From positions 1-51,935 of the IMG/VR virus record IMGVR_UViG_3300025723_000057: a stretch of 51,935 bases of DNA. The stretch is one strand, 5' to 3'. The stretch's first letter is position 1. Each line of letters opens with the position of its first letter. The translations under genes were made by a program, and so were the position numbers. Shown here piece after piece: positions 26,047 to 35,934 of this stretch. The notes under the pieces were generated by a model, which was not told where the DNA came from, made no database searches, and worked only from the letters and a program-made list of their open reading frames with translations. The DNA is from a virus (Duplodnaviria; Caudoviricetes).

Positions 26047-26868
26047 ATGCCCGATCAATCTAATGTTGATGTTTTACCGTCCAACTACTCACCTCCGGAT
26101 TTTAATTCCTTTTTATCTGCTTTTCAATCTTCGGATCCAAATGTTGCCATTAGTCAAGCTCGTAGTGCAGGTATTCCTTTAGGAGCAAATCCTAATCCAA
26201 CATTCCAAACACAACAAGCTGCAACTTTTAATACATCTCCTGAAAACAAAGATTGGAGAGTCAAAATATCAGTTCCAACTTCTGCTATTCCTATAACTGG
26301 AGCACTTGCACCTTTACAGCAAACCGGTGGTGCGATGATATTTCCTTTCTTACCTACGATTACAATGAGTCACACAGCGAACTATCAACCTATGGACATT
26401 GTACATATTAATTATCCATTTTATGCATATAAGAATAGTCAAGTGGATGAGATTAATATAACAGGAAAGTTTACAGTCCAGGATGCGAACGAAGGTCAAT
26501 ATTGGTTAGCAGTTGTGCATTTTTTAAGAACAGTTACAAAAATGTATTTTGGTCAAGGCGCCAACTTGGGAAATCCTCCACCTATATGTACATTAAATGG
26601 ATATGGCGATTTTGTTTATAATAATCTTTCTGTTGTGATAAAATCATTTACAGTTACTATGCCTGCAGATGTTGATTATGTATCAACGCAGTTAACTAGT
26701 TTTACACCGGGTGCTGGATCCTCAAATGAAAACTTTGTACCAGCTATTTCGGAAATAACAGTAGTCTTATTACCTGTATACAGTCGAGATAAGATCAAAT
26801 CATTTAACTTAACTAACTTTGCACAGGGTCAGTTAATAATAGGAGCAGATGGGAGATCATTTATATAA
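26047..26868 (+). CDS. Baseplate tail-tube initiator/cap (gp48/gp54-like)
   Basis: FPFLPTI..SHTANY, GNPPPICTLNGYG, VIKSF motifs of tube-like baseplate proteins. Confidence 0.65.
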   Translation: MPDQSNVDVLPSNYSPPDFNSFLSAFQSSDPNVAISQARSAGIPLGANPNPTFQTQQAATFNTSPENKDWRVKISVPTSAIPITGALAPLQQTGGAMIFPFLPTITMSHTANYQPMDIVHINYPFYAYKNSQVDEINITGKFTVQDANEGQYWLAVVHFLRTVTKMYFGQGANLGNPPPICTLNGYGDFVYNNLSVVIKSFTVTMPADVDYVSTQLTSFTPGAGSSNENFVPAISEITVVLLPVYSRDKIKSFNLTNFAQGQLIIGADGRSFI

Positions 26869-27170
26869 TGGCAAAATATTCTTATTCAAGTCCTTGGTAT
26901 AATACTCCGCAGAATAATCTATATTTAGATATATGGGTTCCTAGACCTATTCCAACATTTTCTGATGATATACAATATACCATACAGCCACAATATAACT
27001 ATAGACCAGATCTATTAGCATTTGATCTTTATGGAAATCCTCATTTATGGTGGGTATTTGCACAGAGAAATGCTGATATTATTTTTGATCCTATATACGA
27101 TTTTCGAGTAGGAACAACAATACAGCTTCCTAGAAGTTCGTCACTATTACCTTCATTAGGATTGAAATAA
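26868..27170 (+). CDS. gp53: Baseplate wedge protein, LysM-like (gp53)
   Basis: YRPDLLAFDLYGNPHLWWVF motif. Confidence 0.85.
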   Translation: MAKYSYSSPWYNTPQNNLYLDIWVPRPIPTFSDDIQYTIQPQYNYRPDLLAFDLYGNPHLWWVFAQRNADIIFDPIYDFRVGTTIQLPRSSSLLPSLGLK

Positions 27171-27173
27171 GTC

Positions 27174-29240
27174 ATGGGATATGATGCAAACGGAAACTAT
27201 GATGGTGTGCCTAATGATGCAGGATCATTAACGGCTCCATCTTCTAATACTACGCCAAACTCTCCAGGTGTAGTAGTTACTGGAGATTCAAATCAAAATA
27301 CTCCAAATAATCAAACGAATAGTCCAAGCGGTAATCCAGCTACTGCTCCGGGATTAACTGATCAAACACAAAATACAAATCTATCACAGTTTCCGGCAGC
27401 AGAGGCTAACCCTCTAGACAAATATGCTTCATTTAACTGTTTGTTTACACTTGCATGTTTAAGTCCTAATCAACAGAATGGCGGTAAGTTTAGTTCTTCT
27501 CAACTTACTAATGTTATAATTTCATCAAAAGGTGATTGGGGTAAAAATAATAGAGCTACAACAATATTTGGACAGTTTGACTATTTTATAGATGATGTAC
27601 TCATCGCAAATACCGCAACCCCCAACAGTCAAACCGGTTCTACATTTGCCACAAAGATTACTTTTAAAGTTATAGAACCTTATAGTATGGGTTTATTTTT
27701 ATTAGCGTTAAATGAAGGGTCAACAGCATCATCATTTAAGAACTTTAGAGAAGCACCTTATCTATTAATGATTGAATTTGCAGGATTTGATCAAACAGGT
27801 AAAGGTGAACTCAATCCAGCATTAACTAGATATATTCCTATTAAATTCATAAAAATAACTTTTAAAGTAACCCAAGCAGGATCTGTATATGAATGCGAGG
27901 CTATACCTTATAACCACGTTGCATTACAAGATAAACAATCAGTAGTAACTGTTGATACAAAATTAGAAGGCGATAATGTAAAAGATCTTCTAACCGGACC
28001 TGTAGGATTGTTAGCTCAAGTTCGAAAACATTGGCAAACTTTGGTTGCTAACAAAACAGTAACAGCGTATGATCAAATTGATATACAGTTTCCTAAAGAT
28101 TTCCAAGATCCTGGAGATAGTGGGAATGAAATATCAAAAAGTGTATTGTTTAAAGATTTAAATGACAATGGAACAGTACAGTTTCCAGCTAATGATGAGA
28201 TGTTTGATACTGTTAAACAAATTTATACAAATAGTAAGTTAAAAGCTGTTACTTCAAAAAATATGACATTTAGCCAAGGTTTAAAAATTGAAGATATTAT
28301 TTCTGAAGTGGTTATGAGAAGTGATTATATTGCCAAACAGTTGTTACAGGGATCTATAAAAACAGATGAAAAAGGAATGATGCATTGGTTTAGGATAGAA
28401 ACACAAGTAATGGATCTAGATCATAATGCATCTTTAGGTAGACAAAATAGAAAGTTGATTTATAGAGTAGTTCCTTATGACGTACATGTTGAAAAGTTTC
28501 TACCACCAGATACTAAACCTCCCGGTTACGATAATCTAAAAAAGACTGTTAGTAGGGTTTATAACTATATCTATACAGGATTGAATACAGAAATACTTTC
28601 TGTTGATTTACAGTTTAATATGGCATTCTTTGCCGATTTGCCAGCAGATGCTACGGGTCGTACAGCTATGAATAACTCAAATCAGGGTGGTCCGGGTGCA
28701 GGCGGCAAAGAACCAAATAATCGAGTTGAAACACCAACAAGCTCTGATGATACAAAAGAAGCAACAACTTCGGTTGGATTAACAGCCAATAAGGATTCAC
28801 AAACAAATAATACAACTACATCAGGAACAGATGGAGCTGAAACGAGAAAAGTTAAAACTATGAATGCTCTATTAGCTAAAGAAGGTGAAATGATAGAGCT
28901 AAAGTTAAACGTTATGGGTGATCCTTATTATATTACAAGTAGCGGAATGGGAAATCAAATAGTACCACAAGCTACTTCTAATAAATTAACAGATGGATCT
29001 ATGAATATACAGAGCGGACAAGTGGATTTTATTATTAACTTCCGTACCCCAGTTGATTTAGACCCGGCAACTGGATTATATAAGTTTGATAGAAGTGTTG
29101 ATATGTGGAGTGGACTATATCTGTTACTCGATATTGAATCTAGATTTAATCACAACAAGTTTACACAGGTCCTTCGAGGATCTCGACGCCGTCAACAGGT
29201 ATCTGGTTCTGGACCAATAGTACCTGTTTTAGGCAGCTAA
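27174..29240 (+). CDS. Baseplate hub protein (gp27/gpD-like)
   Basis: Position between gp53 and gp5; C-terminal VMGDP...SGLY...SRF..FTQ.L pattern. Confidence 0.6.
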   Translation: MGYDANGNYDGVPNDAGSLTAPSSNTTPNSPGVVVTGDSNQNTPNNQTNSPSGNPATAPGLTDQTQNTNLSQFPAAEANPLDKYASFNCLFTLACLSPNQQNGGKFSSSQLTNVIISSKGDWGKNNRATTIFGQFDYFIDDVLIANTATPNSQTGSTFATKITFKVIEPYSMGLFLLALNEGSTASSFKNFREAPYLLMIEFAGFDQTGKGELNPALTRYIPIKFIKITFKVTQAGSVYECEAIPYNHVALQDKQSVVTVDTKLEGDNVKDLLTGPVGLLAQVRKHWQTLVANKTVTAYDQIDIQFPKDFQDPGDSGNEISKSVLFKDLNDNGTVQFPANDEMFDTVKQIYTNSKLKAVTSKNMTFSQGLKIEDIISEVVMRSDYIAKQLLQGSIKTDEKGMMHWFRIETQVMDLDHNASLGRQNRKLIYRVVPYDVHVEKFLPPDTKPPGYDNLKKTVSRVYNYIYTGLNTEILSVDLQFNMAFFADLPADATGRTAMNNSNQGGPGAGGKEPNNRVETPTSSDDTKEATTSVGLTANKDSQTNNTTTSGTDGAETRKVKTMNALLAKEGEMIELKLNVMGDPYYITSSGMGNQIVPQATSNKLTDGSMNIQSGQVDFIINFRTPVDLDPATGLYKFDRSVDMWSGLYLLLDIESRFNHNKFTQVLRGSRRRQQVSGSGPIVPVLGS

Positions 29241-29254
29241 TAATGGAGTAAAGA

Positions 29255-31954
29255 ATGTCATACGATAGTCGCCAACGCAATGATGAATATAGAGACGGGC
29301 TTTCGTCTCCTGGACCATATATTGCAAGGATAGTTAATAATCTTGACCCTATGAAACAGGGATCATTAGAAGTTGAGTTGTTAAGAAACGTAGGTAATCA
29401 AGATTCAGCTAATCAGCAGTTATATGTTGTTAGATACCTAAGTCCGTTTTATGGTACTACAGATGTTGAGCTCAACGGAAATGATCCAAAAAGTTTTAAT
29501 GATACACAAAAAAGTTATGGATTTTGGTTCGTTCCTCCTGATACAGGAAGTCTGGTCATGGTTATCTTTGTTGATAGTGATCCAGGACAGGGATATTGGA
29601 TGGGATGTATCCAAGATGCTTATATGAATCATATGATTCCTGGACTAGCAGCTAGTAAAGCATTCGCTGATCAGCATCAAGAAAATAATGAAACAGAATG
29701 GAAATCTCCAACAGCTACAACAGATAGATATCCAGATGCTAAGGTTTTACCAGTTGGTGAGTTTAATAGATTTGCCATTAGAAGCGGAGCATTAACAGTT
29801 AATCCTAGCATAGATGACATTACAAAACCATTACATCCAATGGCAGAAGTTTTGTTAAATCAAGGAACTATATACGATCCTACTAGAGGAACTACTACTA
29901 GTAGTGCTCGTAGAGAAGCACCTAGTTCTGTATTTGGTATCAGCACTCCGGGACCTGTCGATAAAAGAACTAATGCTAAAAAAGGCAGTATAGGTAGGCA
30001 AGACAATAAAATTACCAAGTTTATCAGTCGACTCGGTGGCCATCAGTTAGTTATGGATGATGGTAATGATAGAAGATTACGTAAAACTAAACCTAGTGAA
30101 GGTCCTATCGAATATGCTGATCTTGAAAATGGAGAAACTGGATTAGTTGAATATCCAGAAGATGAGTGCTTCCGTTTAAGGACTAGGACAGGACATCAAA
30201 TCCTGATGCATAACAGTGAAGATTTGATTTACATCTGTAATTCAGGTGGAACTGCTTGGATGGAGTTTACTAGTAACGGAAAGATTGATATCTATTGTGA
30301 AGATAGTATAAGCATACATAGTGAACAGGATTTTAACTTTGTAGCTGACAGAGATATTAGCTTACATGCAGGACGATCATTAAATCTATATGCAGGTACT
30401 AGGATAAACTCACACTCAGAAGATCATACAAGTATTAAATCGGGTGTTGGCATTTCTATGAAATCTGAAACAACTACACATGTTGATTCACCTGATGGTA
30501 TGCATTTTAATAGTAAGACATTAAGTTTAAACTTGGAAGAAATTAAGTTAACAGCAAATACGATTGATATTTTAGCTGGTACAAACTTACATATGTCTGC
30601 TAAATCAGGTAATGTGGAAATAAAATCCGGAACCAACACAATGATAACTTCTGGATCTCTAACACATCTTTTAAGTGGTGGTGCAACACGTATTACTGCT
30701 TCCGCGATACAAGCTACTGCATCTGGCAGTATATTGGTAAAAGGTGGAACAATTGGAGTTAAAGCATCAAACGATTTACAGTTAAAGGGTGCTAATATAC
30801 ATCTTAATGGTCCAGTTCCTCCGGATCCAACAACTGCTGAACAAGCAGTAGAAGCAACACCAGCTCCTGCACAAGCAGTTACTACTCCTCCTACTGCTGC
30901 TGGCGGAGCAGGCGGTGGTGGTGGTTCTGGTCAAGCTGGCGGTGCTACAGGTGGAGCTCTTACACTATTTCCAAATCCAAAAGCAGGATTAACTATAGTT
31001 AAGCGTGTACCAACGGCTGAACCTTGGCCTTATCACGAAAATAAAAATCCTCCAGGGCAGATTCCGGATCTTACTGATAGAGAAACTATCGAAATGCCTT
31101 ATGCTAAGGATGAACCTCAGATCACAATCAGGAGCACTGATGATTCCTTGGCTACACCTACAGCTAGAGGCGGAACAGTAGATGAAGGAAATCCAGGAGG
31201 TCTAACACCGGGTGTTAATATTCAAGGAAATAGATTAAGACAGAGAAGAGATGATTCTGGTTCAAATACTGATCCAAATCAAGCTGTTTCTAATCCATTA
31301 AGTGAAAGACAACTGTCTACTATGCCTAGTGATTGGGTACAAGATAAAGAATTCTTAGCCAAAGCACAAACTCTTGCAGGAAAGTATGGAATGCCTTTAG
31401 AAGAGTTCCTTGCATTTATGTGGTTTGAATCTGCACATACAATGAGTCCTTCTAAAACTAATAGTTTAGGTTATACAGGATTATCTCAGATAGGTAAGAA
31501 AGCATGTAAACAAATGTCTTCAACATATGGTAAAAATATTACTACAGATATGTTAAGACAAATGTCTAGAGTTGAACAACTTGATTGGGTTGAGAAATAT
31601 CTAGATATGGCTGCGAAACAGGGAGGTGTAAGCCCACCGTTAACTATCGGAACACTATATATGTTAGTTGCATTACCTGCTTACGCTAAAAAACCAGATA
31701 ATGCAGTATTATATCCAATAGGATCAGATATTTGGAGTGCCAATCCGGCATGGAGAGATCCGTATGGCGGACGTGACGGCGGCGGCCCAGTAACACCAGC
31801 AGGTATTAAGAGAAACGTTGGTCCTAGATCAATAGCAGCAGTTAAACAGTTATTAGCCAAGGGCGGTGCCGCCGGTGCCGGTGGTGATAATACTGCTGCT
31901 CCACCAGTAACACCATCTCCACCACCTACTCCGACCCCTCCGACCCCAAATTAA
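29255..31954 (+). CDS. gp5: Baseplate spike (gp5/VgrG-like) with C-terminal lysozyme-like domain
   Basis: DPMKQGSLEV and PPDTGSLVMVIF OB-fold, RTRTGHQI, beta-helix repeats, then FES...TGLSQI transglycosylase-like motif. Confidence 0.85.
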   Translation: MSYDSRQRNDEYRDGLSSPGPYIARIVNNLDPMKQGSLEVELLRNVGNQDSANQQLYVVRYLSPFYGTTDVELNGNDPKSFNDTQKSYGFWFVPPDTGSLVMVIFVDSDPGQGYWMGCIQDAYMNHMIPGLAASKAFADQHQENNETEWKSPTATTDRYPDAKVLPVGEFNRFAIRSGALTVNPSIDDITKPLHPMAEVLLNQGTIYDPTRGTTTSSARREAPSSVFGISTPGPVDKRTNAKKGSIGRQDNKITKFISRLGGHQLVMDDGNDRRLRKTKPSEGPIEYADLENGETGLVEYPEDECFRLRTRTGHQILMHNSEDLIYICNSGGTAWMEFTSNGKIDIYCEDSISIHSEQDFNFVADRDISLHAGRSLNLYAGTRINSHSEDHTSIKSGVGISMKSETTTHVDSPDGMHFNSKTLSLNLEEIKLTANTIDILAGTNLHMSAKSGNVEIKSGTNTMITSGSLTHLLSGGATRITASAIQATASGSILVKGGTIGVKASNDLQLKGANIHLNGPVPPDPTTAEQAVEATPAPAQAVTTPPTAAGGAGGGGGSGQAGGATGGALTLFPNPKAGLTIVKRVPTAEPWPYHENKNPPGQIPDLTDRETIEMPYAKDEPQITIRSTDDSLATPTARGGTVDEGNPGGLTPGVNIQGNRLRQRRDDSGSNTDPNQAVSNPLSERQLSTMPSDWVQDKEFLAKAQTLAGKYGMPLEEFLAFMWFESAHTMSPSKTNSLGYTGLSQIGKKACKQMSSTYGKNITTDMLRQMSRVEQLDWVEKYLDMAAKQGGVSPPLTIGTLYMLVALPAYAKKPDNAVLYPIGSDIWSANPAWRDPYGGRDGGGPVTPAGIKRNVGPRSIAAVKQLLAKGGAAGAGGDNTAAPPVTPSPPPTPTPPTPN

Positions 31955-31983
31955 GATTGATAAGTATATGATAGGAAATAATA

Positions 31984-32424
31984 ATGTCTATACAAGGTTA
32001 TAATAATATAAAAATAGGTCCTAATACTACAGATGTGGGTCCCAAACCTCTTGTTAGCCGTTCTTATCGAGGATTTAGTACTGTTAGCACAGATACTGTA
32101 GGAGTATCTTTATATGACTTACCTCTTATCAAACAAGATTTGATTAACAACTTTCATATTAGAAAAGGTGAAAAGTTAGAAAATCCTAACTTTGGAACTA
32201 TAATATGGGATCTATTATATGAACCGTTAACTGAACAAGTTAAAACTCTAATAACAGCAGATGTTACTGATATACTTAATTCTGATCCCAGAGTTAATCC
32301 TACTAATATAACAGTTACACAATATGATTATGGAATACAGATAGAAGCTACACTAGTGTATCTTCCATACAATATTCAGGAAAAACTACAGTTTGAGTTT
32401 GATAATAGGAATGGAATAACTTAA
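31984..32424 (+). CDS. gp25: Baseplate wedge subunit (gp25)
   Basis: IRKGEKLENPNFGTIIWDLLYEP, DPRV motifs. Confidence 0.92.
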   Translation: MSIQGYNNIKIGPNTTDVGPKPLVSRSYRGFSTVSTDTVGVSLYDLPLIKQDLINNFHIRKGEKLENPNFGTIIWDLLYEPLTEQVKTLITADVTDILNSDPRVNPTNITVTQYDYGIQIEATLVYLPYNIQEKLQFEFDNRNGIT

Positions 32425-32447
32425 TAAAAACCCACGTTATTTTTAAA

Positions 32448-32454
32448 ATAAATA
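32448..32454 (+). promoter_or_regulatory. Late promoter
   Basis: ATAAATA 19 nt upstream of ATG 32474. Confidence 0.5.
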
Positions 32455-32473
32455 AAAGAAACGGGATCGCATA

Positions 32474-35400
32474 ATGTCAATAACTGGTCGTCAAAATAAT
32501 CTATTTCTAGCTGAAGATTGGAAAGTCATTTATCAGACATTCCAAAATGTGGATTTTACTAGCTATGATTTTGAAAATCTACGAAGGATGATGATTAACT
32601 CTCTTAGAGAGAACTTTCCTGAAGGCTTTAATGATTATATAGAATCTAGCGAATATTTGGCATTGATTGATCTTATCGCTTTTGTGGGTCAAAGTCTTGC
32701 ATTTAGGATGGATTTAAATGCTAGAGAAAACTTTTTAGAACTAGCAGAGCGTAGGGAAAGTGTTTTACGTTTAGCACAGTTGTTGAGCTATAATGCCAAA
32801 CGAAATATTTGTGCTTCTGGATTACTTCGAGTTGATTCGGTATCAACTTCTGAAAATGTGCTTGATTCTACTGGGAGAGATTTATCTAACCTAGAAGTAA
32901 CATGGAATGATGTTACAAATACCAACTGGTTCGATCAGTTTATTACTATTATGAATGCTTCGATGATTTCGGGTATAGAGTTTGGTTTTCCTGAATCATA
33001 CGACACTATTAATGGAATATATACAGAACAATATAGAGTTAATAGCTCAATAAAAGATCTAGCTTTATTTTCATTTTCTAAACCGGTTGATGGAAATCCT
33101 GTTTCATTTGAAGTTGTTAGTACAGTAATAAAAGATAATGCATTACAAGAAGATCCACCGATGGTTGGAAATCAGTTTGCTTTAGCATATAGAGATGATG
33201 GCACTGGTTATAGTAGTATTAATACTGGTTGGTTCATGCATTTTCGACAGGGTGTTACACAAAAGTTAAACTTTGCTATCAATACTCCTGTATCTAATCA
33301 AATAGTTAACATTAATGATACTAATATAAATGATTCTGATATATGGTTATATTCTTTAGATAATCTAGGAAATGAAACCCAAATGTGGACCAAAGTACCT
33401 GCTATCACTGGTAGCAATATCATTTATAATAGTATTGATAAAACTATTAAAAATATATATTCTGCTCAGACTATCGCAAATGATTCAGTTAACTTAGTTT
33501 TTGCTGATGGTGTTTTTGGTAACTTACCTAAAGGATCTTTTAGATCCTATTATAGAACATCAAATGGTGCTACTTATATTATTAATCCAAAAGATCTAAG
33601 AGGAATAATAATAACAATACCTTATATTTCTAAATCGGGATCAACAGAACAGTTAAAGCTTGTTGCTTCTTTAAAATCTACCGTTACTAATAGTTCAGTA
33701 GCTGAAACAAATGCAGAAGTAAAGCGCCGAGCACCAGCTGCTTATTACACACAAAATAGGATGATAACAGGTGAAGATTATAATCTTGCACCATTAAATG
33801 TTAGTCAAAATATAGCAAAAGTTAAAACTATTAACAGAACTTCTAGTGGGATCAGTAGGAACTTTGATCTAATAGATGCTTCTGGAAAATACAGTTCTAC
33901 TAGTGCGTTTTGTACAGATGGGATAATATATAGAGAAGAACTTGAAAACAGTTTTGATTTTAAGTTTTCAACTAAATCCGAGATAGAATCGATAATAATA
34001 AATCAAATACAACCTTTAACAAAGTTGTCTTTTATGAGAGATTTTTATTATGAGAAGTATACTAACATATTAGTTACTGATACTGTAACATATTTTCAAC
34101 AAGCTACAAGCGGGTATAATGAAAGCACAGGATATCTATCAGACGTTAATAAAAATCCTCTAAAGATCGGAACTTATACTTTAAGCAGTCTTAAGTATTT
34201 TGAACCAGGATCATTAATAAAAGTAGTACCACCAACTGGTTATTATTTTTCTGATAAAAATACTTTGACCACTATAAATACTTCAACAACTAGAGATATG
34301 ATCTGGGCATATGTAGTTTCGGTTGTTGGAGATGGTACTGCGTCTGGATTAGGAACGCTATCAACTGGTATCGGTCCCATTGTAATCAGTCAAAATATTC
34401 CCAGTGGTTCTATAATAACAAGAATAATTCCAAAGTTTCTAGGATATCTAGCATCGGACGTACAGTCTTTAATGATTGATTTTATATTCAACTATAAAAA
34501 CTTTGGTTTGAGATATGATATAAATTCTCGTACATGGATAATAATACAAGATAGAAACTTAAACCTTATCTCTCCATGGAGTAATGGTCGTGCTGGAGAT
34601 AACAGCGGAACACAAGTTGATAGTAGCTGGCTAATATCTTTTGAAACTGATGGCGAAAAATATACAGTTACATACAGAGGACTTGAATATTATTTTGAAT
34701 CTATCATTGAAAATCGCTTTTTCTTTGATGGTACTAGGAATATCTATGACACAACAACCGGTCTTTTACAAAAAGACAAAGTTTCTGTATTGAAATTTAA
34801 CACTATACCTAACAGTTCACTAACTCTTTCACGAGATTATGATTGGGAAATTGTTGGAACGACAGTACAAGATGATGGCTATACAAGTAGTAAAGTTGTT
34901 AAGATTACTTTTTTTGATAGTAATGATGATGGTATTGTTGATAATCCGGAACAGTTTGATCTCATAGTTGATGCAACTACAACAAACACAAACAGATTTG
35001 TTTTCTTTGAAAAATATGTCACTAACGAATACACTGAAGATTATCGATATATTTCTAATAATAATAATATGTTTATTATATTATACGATGAATCTTATGT
35101 AGGTAGTCTATTAAACTATACAGATGGGCAGTTATTTTATTTTTATAATGAAGATGTTGTTAAGCAACTAAACTTATCATCCGGCAAACTTATTACTAAT
35201 AAAGATTATTATGCTAATATTGGTAGAAGTGATATCTATTTTTATTATCTGCATAATGCAGATTCAACAACTAGAATAGATCCTAGCTCTTCCAATATAA
35301 TGGATGTTTATCTATTAACTAAAGATTATGATGTTCAATATAGAAAATGGTTAAAGGGTGATATTGCTGATGAACCATTGCCACCTAGTACTACTGATCT

Positions 35401-35911
35401 AAGATTAACTTATGGAACATCTTTAGATAAAATAAAAAGCATAAGTGATGATATAATATACCATCCGGTAAGATATAAAGTATTATTTGGTAAGAATGCA
35501 GATATAAAACTACAAGCAACATTTAAAGTAGTAAAGAACCTAGAACAAGTTATAACAGATAATGATATAAAATCTAGGATTATTAAAGCAATAAATGAGT
35601 TTTTTGCTATTGATAACTTTAACTTTGGAGATACTTTCTTTTTCTCCGAGTTATCTGCATACGTAATGACAAAGTTAACACCTTATATAACAACTTTTAT
35701 TATTGTACCAACTAATGATGCTCAAGTTTACGGTAGTCTACAACAGATCACATCTGCATCTAATGAAATATTCATTAGTGGAGCATTAGTTAGTGACGTT
35801 GAAATTATACAAGGATTAACAGCATCTCAGCTAAAAACAACAGGTTATATACTTACAACATCAGTTTCGGACGTCACTAATACAAATATTATGAGTTCTT
35901 CTAGCAAATAA
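32474..35911 (+). CDS. gp6: Baseplate wedge subunit (gp6)
   Basis: DFTSYDF, ENFLELAERRESV, FADGVFG, TQNRMITGEDY motifs; follows gp25. Confidence 0.9.
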   Translation: MSITGRQNNLFLAEDWKVIYQTFQNVDFTSYDFENLRRMMINSLRENFPEGFNDYIESSEYLALIDLIAFVGQSLAFRMDLNARENFLELAERRESVLRLAQLLSYNAKRNICASGLLRVDSVSTSENVLDSTGRDLSNLEVTWNDVTNTNWFDQFITIMNASMISGIEFGFPESYDTINGIYTEQYRVNSSIKDLALFSFSKPVDGNPVSFEVVSTVIKDNALQEDPPMVGNQFALAYRDDGTGYSSINTGWFMHFRQGVTQKLNFAINTPVSNQIVNINDTNINDSDIWLYSLDNLGNETQMWTKVPAITGSNIIYNSIDKTIKNIYSAQTIANDSVNLVFADGVFGNLPKGSFRSYYRTSNGATYIINPKDLRGIIITIPYISKSGSTEQLKLVASLKSTVTNSSVAETNAEVKRRAPAAYYTQNRMITGEDYNLAPLNVSQNIAKVKTINRTSSGISRNFDLIDASGKYSSTSAFCTDGIIYREELENSFDFKFSTKSEIESIIINQIQPLTKLSFMRDFYYEKYTNILVTDTVTYFQQATSGYNESTGYLSDVNKNPLKIGTYTLSSLKYFEPGSLIKVVPPTGYYFSDKNTLTTINTSTTRDMIWAYVVSVVGDGTASGLGTLSTGIGPIVISQNIPSGSIITRIIPKFLGYLASDVQSLMIDFIFNYKNFGLRYDINSRTWIIIQDRNLNLISPWSNGRAGDNSGTQVDSSWLISFETDGEKYTVTYRGLEYYFESIIENRFFFDGTRNIYDTTTGLLQKDKVSVLKFNTIPNSSLTLSRDYDWEIVGTTVQDDGYTSSKVVKITFFDSNDDGIVDNPEQFDLIVDATTTNTNRFVFFEKYVTNEYTEDYRYISNNNNMFIILYDESYVGSLLNYTDGQLFYFYNEDVVKQLNLSSGKLITNKDYYANIGRSDIYFYYLHNADSTTRIDPSSSNIMDVYLLTKDYDVQYRKWLKGDIADEPLPPSTTDLRLTYGTSLDKIKSISDDIIYHPVRYKVLFGKNADIKLQATFKVVKNLEQVITDNDIKSRIIKAINEFFAIDNFNFGDTFFFSELSAYVMTKLTPYITTFIIVPTNDAQVYGSLQQITSASNEIFISGALVSDVEIIQGLTASQLKTTGYILTTSVSDVTNTNIMSSSSK

Positions 35912-35934
35912 GATATCGGAGTTTGAAAATTTAA

